Below are positions 43,794 through 55,073 of a DNA stretch of 64,000 nucleotides, piece by piece. A program made the translations under genes and the position numbers. Under the pieces are notes generated by a model. It was not told the DNA's origin. It did no database searches and saw only the letters and a list, made by a program, of their open reading frames with translations. The stretch's first letter is position 1; each line of letters opens with the position of its first letter. Source of the stretch: Mantamonas sphyraenae STR306 (taxonomy: Eukaryota; Protista; CRuMs); NCBI GenBank assembly GCA_026936335.1, contig JAPMXV010000001.1, positions 1-64,000 on the forward strand, written 5' to 3'.

Positions 43794-46700
43794 ATGCGCA
43801 GCCTATTGCGTGTGTCGGACCAAAGCTGGGGCGGAAGCAAGCGCCGCGAACGGGAGGAGCGACGCTGGCGTGCACAGGAAACAAATGACAGGGACAGCAT
43901 GGGACGCACAGCACTGCACGTGGCGGCCAGCTTGGGGCGCGTTGGGATGCTGGAAACGCTTCTGGAAGCAGAGGGAGACGTGGACGCACGCGACGACGAG
44001 AGCGGTTGGACGGCGCTGCACCGAGCTCTGTACACACGCAATCTGTGTGCAGCGGCCACACTGTTGAGCCGTGGAGCGAACCCATACAAAAAGGACAAGG
44101 ACGGTGCGACGGCAATGGATTTGGTGCATGCCGGGCTGCTCAACGCTGTGTCGGGCCATGAATGGGCTCGGCTCTCGTTTGACCAGGCTAGCAAGCGTCA
44201 GATGCAGCGTCTGGGTAGTGTGGACGCACACGGGAGAGGAGGCGACCGCACATCGGAACTGGAGAGGAGCACAATGAGCTCGGGCGGCGGCATGTTTGAT
44301 GCGCTGGAAGTGATGGCCAGCGAAAGCAGTAGCGACGACGAAGGGGACACGGATGCATTGTGGAGAGGCAGTAGCAATAGTGGCGGCGATGGAGGCCCGG
44401 CCAATGGCGTCGCCGTTGCTGGAGAGGGGCAGGATTTGGATTCGCTGGGACTGGTCTCATCGAACCTGCTGTACTCGTTTGGATCGGGGTACAACTTCCA
44501 ATTGGGCAACGGAAGCGACGACGGACACCAAATGGTGCCGCTCCCAGTGCAAGCGCTGTTTGAGTGCCGTGTGGTGTCGATAAGCGCCGCTGAGCTGCAC
44601 TCGCTGGTTGCCGTCGTGCCCGCTTGGGCGGAGAGCAGAGAGCAGAGGGGTGAATTGATGACACGTGTGTACAGTTGGGGTGTGGCCGGCGTGCGAGATC
44701 GCTTGGGCCACGGCACGGGCGACATGCAGCTTCTGCCGTCGGAAATCACGGCGTTGAGGGACCAAGGCGTTGTCAAGGTTGTGACTTCCAGCAGCAGCTC
44801 GGCAGCAGTCACGTACGATGGCCGTCTGTTTGTATGGGGCGAGGATGTGGCAGATGGCGACGCCGGCAGTGGCAGTCATCGCGACCAATACGCGAGTGAG
44901 CCACTGCAGGTGACAGGCCCGTTGGTGGAGGAACACGTGGTCGATGTGAGCATGTGTGGACGCCACGCCGTATGTGTGTGCTCATCCGGAAGCGTGTACA
45001 CGTGGGGCGGCGACGTGGAAACCGGAGTGCTCGGATACATGGCGTCGGAACCCCAGTGCACGCCTGTGTGTGTGCGGCAGCTGGAAGGCCGTACGGCAGT
45101 GCAGGCTGTGACATGTACGGACCACACGAGTGTGCTGCTCAACGACGGCACTGTGGTATTCTTTGGGCTGGGCGATCACCGTGCACGCAAGGTGAGCATG
45201 GAGCAGCGCGGAAGCACGGAACTGGACCTGCACATGTTCACAAAAAGGGCCATTGTGCGACTGAGGGCAAGCGAGCACGAGACCATGTGCATTGCGGACG
45301 ATGGGCAGGTGTTCCGGTTTGCTTCTCGCCCCAATAAGCTGTTCCAGGTGCGCATGGGCCGTTCCGCAAGCGAAGACGAATCTGGAGCAGGCATGGTGGC
45401 AAGCACGCAGGGCTCATCGAGCAGCAGTAGCGAGGGACAGGACATCGAGGGCGAAAGCAGCGAGTCTGGTGAATACGTGGCGTGGCAAGTGCGCCAGCTA
45501 CGCAACATCCACGTGCGTGACATGGCCGTTGGCGTGGAACACGTGATTGTAACAGACGTGCGTGGGCGCGCGTACAGCTGGGGCAACGCCATCCAATGCG
45601 GCAACAACAAGCCCCAGTCGGGTTTGAAGTCCACGGGGAAGCAGGTACAGGTGTACTACGCACAGCCCAAGCGCATCCGCACGCTATCGCGTGTGGAAAT
45701 GCTGACGTGTGGAGCCAAACACTCTCTGGTTGTGGTTGGCAAGTGGATGGTGGACAGGAATAGGGTGGCGCTTGGTGAAGCACAACTTGAAGCACAGCTG
45801 GGACAGATGCGGTTGCCGAGCGCACCTGCGGGTAAGCTGTCGCGTACTCTGTGTGACGAACAGCACGTGGACGTTGTCCTGCACCTGGCTGGTGTGCAAC
45901 ACCCGTGCCACAGTTGCGTCCTTGCTGCGCGATCGCCATTCTTCCGCACCTTGCTGGAGAACGACCGGCACCGAGTGCTCAAGTTGGATGCTGTGTGTCA
46001 GCAACAGATGCACGAGCGTATGGACTCGCGTGCTGCAGAGGAGCTGGCCCTTGACAACGCAACGCTGGTCGAGGTGCTGGAACACATCTATGGCGACAAG
46101 CAGGGGATGGACGAGCTGCGCGAGCGTATGCACACAATGCCATGGAAAGCAGTGGGACGATTGGCTGCGGCAGGTCGCTTGTTTGGCCTGCCATGGATGG
46201 AGGATGCAGCGAGGATGGAGCTGACACGCGATGAAACGGAGGGCATGGAGCAAGCCGAGAAACAACGTGTGGTCCAGCTGCTGCCCACCTTCAACCGCTA
46301 TGCGGCGGACCTGCACACTGGTCGTGAACAGGCGAGGAATGGCCTGGGCAGGCGTCTGGGCGAACTGTTTGTTGAGATCAACCAAGGCCTGTTCTCGCGT
46401 GCGCAGCTTGACCGTGGAGTATTTGACGATGCAAACAAGGAGGCGGGATGTGACTCCTTTGTGGCAGGGCCTAGTCCTGCCGACGTGGAGTTTGTGTGCG
46501 ATGGCCGGATTGTGCGGGCACACAAACTGATCTTGTGTGCCCGCTCCGAGTTTTTCGCGGGTATGTTTGCCGCCGAGCAGATGGCGGACCTGTGGTCTGC
46601 CGAAAGCGGCACCGACGGCTTGTTTGAGATGGAGGGGGCCTTTGCGCCCGCGAACCAGGAGGAGGAGGAGGAGGAACGCTTGGCGCACACACAGCAGATG

Positions 46701-48686
46701 GAAATTACGAGTCTTTCGTACGAAATGCTGGTGAAGGTGTTGGAACACCTGTACTGTGAAGACCACATGGTGATTGGCATGGAGCAAGCAGCAGACCTGA
46801 TGGTTGTGGCCAAGTCGCTGCTGTTGGAGAGACTTGCGTTGCTTGCGACACGCGTCGTGGCACAAAGCGTCGATGCCACCAGTGTGGGTGGTCTTTTGGA
46901 GGCCGCAGAACAGTATGGGGTGCCTGAGCTACGTGACGTGTGCCTGGAGTTTGTTGCCCTGAATCTGGACACTTTCTTGCAATCGTCCGCTCTGCAGTCG
47001 CTGTGGGCCGACAACGCGCCGCTGATGCACATGGTGGAGGCTTATGTACGTGACCGCTTCCGAGGAGTCGCAGGCTACCACCAACTCAAGTCAGCACAAG
47101 AGATAGAGGCGGACGCCGGCACACAGGAAGCTGCGCCGATTCGTGTGCCCGTGGTTGGCGACTATGCACCCGACATGTGCGTGCAAGACATCCAAGACTG
47201 GACAGGAGGCAGCAGCGCCAGCGGTCACGCCTCTCCTGCACAGGGATTGTCGCCTGGTGTGGACGACAACAGCGGCGCAAAACGAGTGCGAACGCTTCGC
47301 AAGAAGCTGGTGCAGATTCTGCGTCTGGAGGTGGCTGACAAGGCGTTGAACGAACAGGAACAGGCCAAGGTTGCACGAAAGGACGAGTACGTAAGCGAGC
47401 TGCGTCAGCTGAGCGGAATGGACGCGCAGGAGCTGGCTGCACATCTGGAGAGTCTCCAAATGGAGGCAGCGTCGACGCGCACACCACAACGAAGTCGCAA
47501 CAGACGCAAAGACAAGAGCACGGCGCAGGAGCAGAGTGGTAAGGTTGAACTGAAGAGCAGGAGCGCAACAGGGTCCAGCCGCGATTCGTCCGTGGACGAA
47601 TGGGATCTGGAGCTGCAGGGGATGGTGCGCACCGAGAGCGAAGACTCTGTCACGGGACAGAGCTGGGGCGATGGGGCAACGGGTCGGTCGTGGTCCTCCA
47701 GCGACGGGGGGTCGTGGAAAGCAAGCAAGCCGTCTTCGCTCCAGGAGATCATGCGGCAAGAGCAGGTTCACAAGACGGAGCAGAAGCAAGAGAAGCACAA
47801 GGCAGGGTTGCATGGTCCGTCGACAAACCCAGGGACCACAGCAAAGCCCCAGCGCGGTTCGCCCTCTCCGTCCATGTTTCAAAAGCAGGCAGTGGCGGGC
47901 GTGGCGGCGGAGGCCAGGGCAGCGGCACATGAGAAGCGGCAGCAGCGCAGGGAACGCAAAAAGAGGATGGAAGAGGAGTTTCACACACATGAGAACGAGT
48001 TTGGCGGCAAATGGATGTCGCTGAAGCGTGAGGATGAAGTTGGACGAATTGGGTCCAAAACGCGCTTCTCGCTGATGGATTTCATGGACGAGGGCCAGTT
48101 GGAGGCAGTGAATGGGGACATGGGGGACGCAGAAGCCGAAAGTGGTTTCCGATGGGGCAAGTTTGCCGAGAAGCAAGGCCTGGCAAAGCAGCAGAGTGGG
48201 GAGGAGACAGCGAGCAGTTCGCAGGAGGAGCGGAAGATGTCGTTTTGGGAGATTCAGGCAGAACAGGAGGAGGTGGAGAATGTGAGCAGTGGTGGGCGAG
48301 GACAAAGTGCACCGGGAGCGGGTGGTGTGTGGTCAAGCGGGCCCGGGAATGGTGGAGGAGGGGGAGGGGCACGCAAGAAGCGGGGAAAGGGCAACACACG
48401 AAAGGAAAACGTGCAGTGCTGGAGCATGGGACGTGTGGACGAAGACTTTGCCCGCGAGGCAAAGCGAGAACGTACGTTTCAGGAAATCCAGGCTGAAGAG
48501 TTGCAAGAGGAGCAGCGACAGGCGGAGGAGGCCGAGTTTGAGCGCATGATGGCGCTTGCGCTGGCAGCAAGCATGCAAGAGCAAGGGAGTGGGACGCCAT
48601 CGAAGGAAGGAAGCCCTGGCGGGGACGGGATGGGCAAAAAGAAGCGACGACGACGCAAGAACAAAAAGAAGAAGGCAGCGGCGTGA
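43794..48686 (+). CDS. IBTK: IBTK-like ankyrin-RCC1-BTB-BTB protein
   Basis: GRTALHVAAS, ESGWTALHRALY, RCC1 repeats (YSFGSGYNFQLG, VYSWG..RLGHG), two BTB domains (HSCVLAARSPFF; HKLILCARSEFF), SLQEIM/SFWEIQ tail motifs, UIM-like ALALAASMQE. Confidence 0.9.
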   Translation: MRSLLRVSDQSWGGSKRREREERRWRAQETNDRDSMGRTALHVAASLGRVGMLETLLEAEGDVDARDDESGWTALHRALYTRNLCAAATLLSRGANPYKKDKDGATAMDLVHAGLLNAVSGHEWARLSFDQASKRQMQRLGSVDAHGRGGDRTSELERSTMSSGGGMFDALEVMASESSSDDEGDTDALWRGSSNSGGDGGPANGVAVAGEGQDLDSLGLVSSNLLYSFGSGYNFQLGNGSDDGHQMVPLPVQALFECRVVSISAAELHSLVAVVPAWAESREQRGELMTRVYSWGVAGVRDRLGHGTGDMQLLPSEITALRDQGVVKVVTSSSSSAAVTYDGRLFVWGEDVADGDAGSGSHRDQYASEPLQVTGPLVEEHVVDVSMCGRHAVCVCSSGSVYTWGGDVETGVLGYMASEPQCTPVCVRQLEGRTAVQAVTCTDHTSVLLNDGTVVFFGLGDHRARKVSMEQRGSTELDLHMFTKRAIVRLRASEHETMCIADDGQVFRFASRPNKLFQVRMGRSASEDESGAGMVASTQGSSSSSSEGQDIEGESSESGEYVAWQVRQLRNIHVRDMAVGVEHVIVTDVRGRAYSWGNAIQCGNNKPQSGLKSTGKQVQVYYAQPKRIRTLSRVEMLTCGAKHSLVVVGKWMVDRNRVALGEAQLEAQLGQMRLPSAPAGKLSRTLCDEQHVDVVLHLAGVQHPCHSCVLAARSPFFRTLLENDRHRVLKLDAVCQQQMHERMDSRAAEELALDNATLVEVLEHIYGDKQGMDELRERMHTMPWKAVGRLAAAGRLFGLPWMEDAARMELTRDETEGMEQAEKQRVVQLLPTFNRYAADLHTGREQARNGLGRRLGELFVEINQGLFSRAQLDRGVFDDANKEAGCDSFVAGPSPADVEFVCDGRIVRAHKLILCARSEFFAGMFAAEQMADLWSAESGTDGLFEMEGAFAPANQEEEEEERLAHTQQMEITSLSYEMLVKVLEHLYCEDHMVIGMEQAADLMVVAKSLLLERLALLATRVVAQSVDATSVGGLLEAAEQYGVPELRDVCLEFVALNLDTFLQSSALQSLWADNAPLMHMVEAYVRDRFRGVAGYHQLKSAQEIEADAGTQEAAPIRVPVVGDYAPDMCVQDIQDWTGGSSASGHASPAQGLSPGVDDNSGAKRVRTLRKKLVQILRLEVADKALNEQEQAKVARKDEYVSELRQLSGMDAQELAAHLESLQMEAASTRTPQRSRNRRKDKSTAQEQSGKVELKSRSATGSSRDSSVDEWDLELQGMVRTESEDSVTGQSWGDGATGRSWSSSDGGSWKASKPSSLQEIMRQEQVHKTEQKQEKHKAGLHGPSTNPGTTAKPQRGSPSPSMFQKQAVAGVAAEARAAAHEKRQQRRERKKRMEEEFHTHENEFGGKWMSLKREDEVGRIGSKTRFSLMDFMDEGQLEAVNGDMGDAEAESGFRWGKFAEKQGLAKQQSGEETASSSQEERKMSFWEIQAEQEEVENVSSGGRGQSAPGAGGVWSSGPGNGGGGGGARKKRGKGNTRKENVQCWSMGRVDEDFAREAKRERTFQEIQAEELQEEQRQAEEAEFERMMALALAASMQEQGSGTPSKEGSPGGDGMGKKKRRRRKNKKKKAAA

Positions 48687-48717
48687 CGCTTGCGCCTGCG
48701 CGAACATTTCATCCACA

Positions 48718-50661
48718 ATGGAATCGGAGGATAGTCTTGTGGCAGACCTGAGCAGTGTAAGCGAAGTGGAGGCAAGCGTGGATGTGCTTGAGGACACTGA
48801 GGCAGAGGAGGGGGTGTCGAAGAAGGCGGTGATCACAGCGGTGGAGTTTGAAGAGGACGTCAGCAAGCTGGAGGAAGGCGAACGGAAGCTGCGGGAGCAG
48901 GAGGCCAAGAACAAACAGCGTGCAGCCCGGTTTGGGACGGAGTTTGTGCAACCGCGCAAGGCGCTGGTGATGACGTGGGAGGAAATGCGACTGAACAAGT
49001 GGAAGGCCAAAGACGGCGGCTTCCACACGGGTGGGGTGGATCCGATGAGCGAGGTGAGTGCAAGTGGGATGCGTATGGTGTGTGTGCGGTACATTGGGTG
49101 TGCATGTGTGATTTTTCGTGTGTTTGTGTGGACGGTGCGGTCTGACAAGGACACGGGCACTTCTTCTTTGGTTCATCAACCCCTTTGACGGCCATTGGCA
49201 ACACAGGAGGAGCTGAAGCGCATCGAGAAGCGACAGGCACGCTTTGGGGTTGTGGAGCGGCGTGTGGAGGAGGACGAAAACGTGGATGCAGACGAGACGG
49301 AGCTGGAGAAGCGGCAAGCGCGCGCGTCGCGCTTCAACGAAGATTGGAAGGCACAGACACAGGGCCCGTACGGGTCGAAGGAGAGCGAACTTCTGCACAT
49401 AGGGCGTACGTTGGGTGTAGAGAGAGGGGGCTCCGGGTGAGAGAGGGTGGCTGTGTGCATGGCAAGGGGCATGGGGTGTGCAAGAGGACACAGCTGCGCG
49501 GGGCACTCACAACCATGGGGTGATACAGAGGCGCGGTGTCGACGCAAGGACATGGCCGACTCTGTGGCTCGACGGTTGGACTGTGTGCACGCGTACGGAG
49601 TGGACAGGATGTCAAACAGTGACGTATTGCGGTACTTTAGCAACTACGGGCCGAAAAAGGTGGAGTGGATCGACGACTCGTCGTGCAACGTGGTGTTCCA
49701 CGACGAAACTACGGCACGACGCGCATTGTTTGGATTGAGCCAACCGATCCCGACTGCTGTGCTGCTGGCAGATAGAAAGCACAAGCGCGAACAGCTAGCC
49801 GAGTTGCAACGGCGCAAGGAGGCGCGTGAGCAGCGGCGGCGAGAGCGGGAAGAGCGACGACGAGAACGGCGGCGAGAGGAGGCAGCCAAAGAATTGGCAG
49901 CATCCGAAGCCGTAGAGGAGGCGATGCAGGCTGTGGAAGCAGCCGCGTCAGGACAAGAGGTGGTGGAGGTGGTTGTTGGCGTCGAGGGCGATGAGCAGGA
50001 GGAGCAAGAAGAGAAGCAGGAGGAGAAGCAAGAGGAAGATGAAGAGGAGGCGCAGGAGAAGCAGGAACAGGAACAGGAACAGGAACAGGAACAGCAGGAG
50101 GAGCGGGCAGACGACAAGGAGGAGGCGGAGGACGCGGTGGCACTAAACTCGCTGGTGGAAGAAGAGGTTGTGGAGGAGGAAGGGATCAATCCACTGTATG
50201 CTTGGCGACGAGGCGTGATGTTTAAGCGCAAGGACAGCATTCTGCTGTTGCGGTACGCGACGGTGGACGATGTGAAGCCAGGGCAGCACAAGCGCAAGCG
50301 ACGGCTGATGAACAACCCGCTGACACAGGAAAGCGGCGTGGACCGGGCAGCGCAGCTGCAAGGCGTCGAAGTGCTGCAAGGCGAGGCCCTGCAAGACAGG
50401 AAGCGTGCACGTGCAGAGGAGCAAAGTAGCGGGCATTCGGGATCGCTGAAAGGCCTGGAGGGGTCGCTGATGGACCGTTGGGACAGTCGAGGGCGTGGAG
50501 GCGAACGCAGGGAGCAGAGCAAGAAGAATGGGCGCAAGGGGAGACGTGCGGGGAAGGGGCGACGTGAAGCAAACGCATCGTCGTCGTCGTCGTCGTCCAC
50601 AGGTGGCAAGGGCGGCAAGATGACCAAGGAGCAGGCTCTGGCGATTCTGACTGGCAAATGA
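48718..50661 (+). CDS. NCBP3: Nuclear cap-binding protein 3-like; exons 48718-49053, 49207-49405, 49529-50661
   Basis: RAARFG motifs, VHAYGVDRMSNSDVLRYF..VEWIDDSSCNVVF RRM, LLRYATVDDVK. Confidence 0.88.
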
Positions 50662-50694
50662 TGATGCGAATGAATTGACCTTTGTTTTTGCTGT

Positions 50695-52209
50695 TCAGGG
50701 GGTCTCGTCCATCTGCACAAAGTCTGCAGGCACCCAGCCGGCCTTGCCTGTGTCAAGGTTGACGGCTGCGAGCCAGCCCTCCTCTGTGGACTGGTAGTAC
50801 ACCTCGAGCTTGTCACCGACATGGACGCTGAGCTGCTTCTCTTGCTTGCGCTTGTAGGGAAAGATGGCACGAGCGGGCAGGGGGTCCTCGTAGTCAGCCG
50901 AGATGTTTTTGCCCGAAGACGAGGAGGCCGGAGTGGAAGGCTTGGCGGGCTGTGCGGCCACATGGTCCATGACCATGGTGGCCACGGAACGAATGGCCTC
51001 CATCCACTCATCGATCTCCTCTTGGGACTCGCCGTACATCTTGTAGGGCTTCTTGGGGGTGATGATTTCAAAGCAGAACTTCTTGCCCTTGGCGTTGACC
51101 TGGTTTACCTGGCACGTGAGGCAGGCAATCTGTCCCAGCTGGTCACGTTCCGACTCGTCTTTGTAGTATTTGAGGTACTCGCCTTCGAGGACAAACCAGC
51201 GGTCTTTCCACTTTTCCAGCATGTTCTTGCCGGCCTTCATCAGATGGCCCTTTTTTGCGCCTCGCTTCTTCATCTCCTTGGCCAGTTTCGAGTCGTCTTC
51301 CACAATGCTTCCCAGTTTCTTGAGTCGTTCCACCTCCTTGGCCGCCTTTTTTGTCTGTTTGCCCGTGCCCATGAGCGACACGCGACGCTTGCCCAGCTCC
51401 TCCTCGCGCTTCAGCCGCTCCTCCTCGGCCAGCATGGCCATCTCCTCTTCAAACTTTTGCTCCTCCTCCAGCTCGCGCGCCTCGCGCTCCAGACGCTCCT
51501 CCAGCTTCTTTGCATACTCTGTGTGTGCATGCGTGTGGGCGCGTTTTATCCGTTTTTGTCAGCGAACGCCGACTTTGCGGAAAAGAGGGGAAAACGCACA
51601 CGCGGCACCGATTGCGAGCCGCGGCGAAGCATGCGCGAGTCACTTGCAATCCAACCATGGAGAGTAGTGAGGCTGCGGGTTTGCGCGGGAGGGAGGGAGG
51701 GGGAGGACACCTACCATTCCAGCTGGCGAGGGCGTCGGCAAGTTCCTGGAGGCCTCGGCAAACCTTGTCGCAGTCCTGAGGCGAGGAAAAGGCCAGGGCC
51801 CACGTCACGTTGCTGTTGTCAACCCATTGGGCCCACACGCTGCTCTGTTTGGTCACCTTGAGCGGCTTGGTGAGCTGGTTGTAGATGACCAGCTGTGGGA
51901 TAGTGTGTGAGTACACCTCGTGCACAAGTGGGAAGAGAGGGGGGCGAAACGCGCGCAGCACTCCTCCTCGTCTACCTTGCCACTGGAAAGATTGCCACCA
52001 ATGATGCGCCCGCGTCGGTTGAGAGGATCCGAGGTGAGTTCGATGTATTGTGTGCTGTTGCCCTGCGAGACCCATTCCCTGCTCTGCGGGTCGCACAGGT
52101 AAACCCGCGCCTGCACAGAAACAATCAACGATTCGTTGACCTTCCTCGACGTGCTGCTGGACGCCTTGGACTTTTCAAAGTCGATGTTGGTTCCCAAGAG
52201 ATGGGCCAT
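50695..52209 (-). CDS. EVH1/WH1-like, coiled-coil, PH and SH3 protein; exons 52209-51976, 51892-51715, 51518-50695
   Basis: ARVYLCDPQSREWV..WALAFSS (EVH1-like), KKGHLMK..WKDRWFVL..EIDEWMEAI (PH), GWVPADFV (SH3). Phase-consistent introns. Confidence 0.85.
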
Positions 52210-52366
52210 CGTGGAGGTTGGGTTTGATTTGCTCCGGAGTGGGAAGGGCCCTTGCGCCCTCGTTTGTTTTCTTTCGTGCCGTGCCGTGCCGTGCCCACAC
52301 ATCATCGGCAACTGAGCGTCGTTCCCGTTTTGGCACGTGTTGTGCCGTGTCTGGACTGGCAGTGCA

Positions 52367-53392
52367 TCAGTCGCTGGAGACGGAGATGGAGTCGTCGGCG
52401 TTGGCCAGGTTGTCCGGGATAAAGGCAAACGGGAGCAGGTCCATAGAGTTGATGACGACATACGAGTTGTCCGGCGACACCAGGTAGACCGGAAAGTTGC
52501 CAAACTCGACCATGAACTGGCGGCACGAGCCACAGGGAGACGTTTTGGCCGAAGTCCGCGTGGTGATGGCGATGGCCTTGAACTGTGTTTCGCCTGCGCT
52601 GACTGCCGCAGAGAAGCAGGACTGTAGGATGGGAGAGGGGCGATGGATGGGGTTGCACACACATGTCAGTGTCACGTTCAGCTGTGGGTGCGGTGAGAAA
52701 GGACTTTGGCAGGCCGTCCATGGAAGTTTTTCCAGTGGCTCTTTCGGATTTTTCTGCTCTCGAGCATCGTCGGAGGAAACGTCGGAGCGTGCGGCAAGGG
52801 AAAGGCAGGAACGTACTCGCTCTGCACAGATGGTGAGGCCATAGGAGGCGTTCTCGACGTTGGCACCCGTATAGAGGGTGTCCGAGACGCCAATGGCCGC
52901 AGCACCGACGTGAAAGTGCGAGTACGGATTGTACGCGTGTTCTGTAGCCTCGTGCGCGGCCTGGAACAGGGTGGCCAGGTCGTAGTCGAGGTTGCTGTCG
53001 TGCGGCTTGTCCAACGTGTACACATTCAGATCCTGTTCTGCACTTTGTGGGCTTGAGAATTGCTTGTCGTCGTTGCTGTGTGGACAGGTGCACGACTCAG
53101 CGGTGCACCTGCATTTCGAATCTGATGTTGCCCAAAAAAAATCCCAGCCTGTGAGCAACGGCGGTGTTGATCAACCCACGCTCACGTTCCACTCCCACTT
53201 ACCTTCATTGTCCACGTTCTTGGTGTCCATGCTGGTCTTGTCCAGGTTTGACTTTGTCTTTGAGGATTCGGCTGCTGGGGCGTTGTCCGTGCTGTACCAC
53301 ATAGCGGCAGCCCCAACCATGGCCACGGCAGCGCCCAACGTGGCCGACGCCAGGTCGAATCCCATCCATGCGGCGGACTTGTTTCCAGACAT
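52367..53392 (-). CDS. CDA: Cytidine deaminase (homotetrameric type) with N-terminal extension; exons 53392-53203, 53148-52817, 52621-52367
   Basis: AYNPYSHFHVGAA, GANVENASYGLTICAER, SPCGSCRQ, LLPFAF. First exon inferred from a phase-1 GTAAGT..CACAG intron. Confidence 0.9.
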
Positions 53393-53476
53393 GCAAACAA
53401 CAATAGCTGAGCTGGGGGAAGCGAGGTTTGCTTGCCGGGTGTGGAGCCATCGCAAAACCCCCCAATTGCAGCTGCA

Positions 53477-54307
53477 ATGTCAACGTCTTTGCCGAAACTC
53501 AAGCTTTATTCCTACTGGCGCTCGTCGTGCTCGTGGCGTGTTCGCCTGGCCCTGGCGATGAAGGGCATCGAGTACGAGTACGAAGCGGTGCATCTGCTGC
53601 AGGACGGCGGCAAGCAGAACTCGGAGGAGTATGAACGGTTGAACCCCATGCACCAGGTACCTGCTTTGCAGGTGGACGAGAACACGGTGCTGGTGCAGTC
53701 CTTGCCCATCATCGAGTACCTGGAGGAGGAGTATCCCGAGCCGTCCCTCTTTCCTGGCAACTCGCTTCAGCGTGCACGCATCCGAGCTCTGGCCGAGCTC
53801 ATCGGCTCGGGCATCCAGCCTGTGCAGAACCTCTCTGTGCTGCAGTACCTCGGCAGCGAGAGGAAGCTGGACTGGGGCAACCACTTTATTACAAAGGGAT
53901 TTGAAGGTGCGTCAGCCCGCTCTGCGTCCCGTTTTGTGGCCGACGGGAGAGTTCCATGCCAAACCACCCACCCCATGCACCATTGCTCACACTGGATGCG
54001 CGGTGCGACCCTTTATGCCATGCCACTGTCGCATGTGCTTGCCCCTGTGCCCGCTTACACATGTTGACTCGACACAGCCTTGGAGAAGGAGTTGAACCGC
54101 GACGACATCCAGTTCCCAAGCGGCAAGTACTGTGTGGGCGACGTCGTCACTGCCGCCGACCTGTTCCTTGTGCCACAGGTGTACAACGCCAACCGCTTCA
54201 AGGTGGACATGGACAAGTTCCCAGTCATTGCCCGTATCCATGACTCGCTTACGGAGCTGCCCGAATTTGAAGCGGCACAGCCCTCCAACCAGCCTGACGC
54301 CGAATGA
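53477..54307 (+). CDS. GSTZ1: Glutathione S-transferase zeta / maleylacetoacetate isomerase; exons 53477-53906, 54078-54307
   Basis: YWRSSCSWRVRLAL, SGIQPVQNL, AAQPSNQPDA. Confidence 0.96.
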
Positions 54308-54355
54308 AGCGGTTTGGCGCCGAATGACAATCCCGTCGCCAAGCCCAAGCTGTAT

Positions 54356-55013
54356 TCATTCACGGTTCCGCCTTTCCCTGCGCTCTTGCAATTCCTCCAG
54401 CAGTTGCTGTTGCTTGTCGCGAGGCAATTTGCTCCAGTGTCCGTAGTGTTCCATCAGCAGGCGTTGCTTGTCCACCAGGTCCGTCTCCTTGCCAATGAGG
54501 TAGTTGTATGCATCGCGCACCTGGCTGAATTGCTTCTTGCATGCGTCTGTGTCGCACACGTCCGGGTGGCTGCACGTGACGTGTCAGCGCCAGAGCCCAC
54601 GTGCGCTCCATCCGTGCTCCCCACGCCACTCACGAGACACCCTGTGCATCCCTCCCTCGTTCTCACATAGGCACTTACTACATCTTGGCCATGCGCTTGT
54701 AGGCTGACGAGATCGTCTTGCGCGACGCGCCGTGGGGAAGGCCCAACACGGCAAACAATCGCGTCTCCTCTTCCACCACGGGGTCAAAAGCGAGCTCGTT
54801 GTAGCGTACATACATTACACCCAGCACAAAGCATCCAATGAGCACCATGATGAAGCGCGTACACCATTTCTCTGCCGTTTCGGCGGCCTCCTTTTGCGCT
54901 TGCCGTTTCCTGACTTGCTCCATGGTCTTGCCTGCCTTGAGTTCCTCCATCTCTTGGCTATGGGTTCGCTCCAGCATTCGCGCCTCGCGCTGCCGCATGC
55001 TTTGTCGTCGCAT
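54356..55013 (-). CDS. Membrane-anchored DnaJ-domain protein; exons 55013-54679, 54569-54356
   Basis: TM segment, then FAVLGL..ISSAYKRMAKMY-HPD (HPD restored across the phase-2 intron)..FSQVRDAYNYL. Confidence 0.9.
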
Positions 55014-55073
55014 GGCCGGAAAACACGCGACGGATTTTTCTGCGCCGTCGAGTGCATCCCAAAAAGCGTACGA

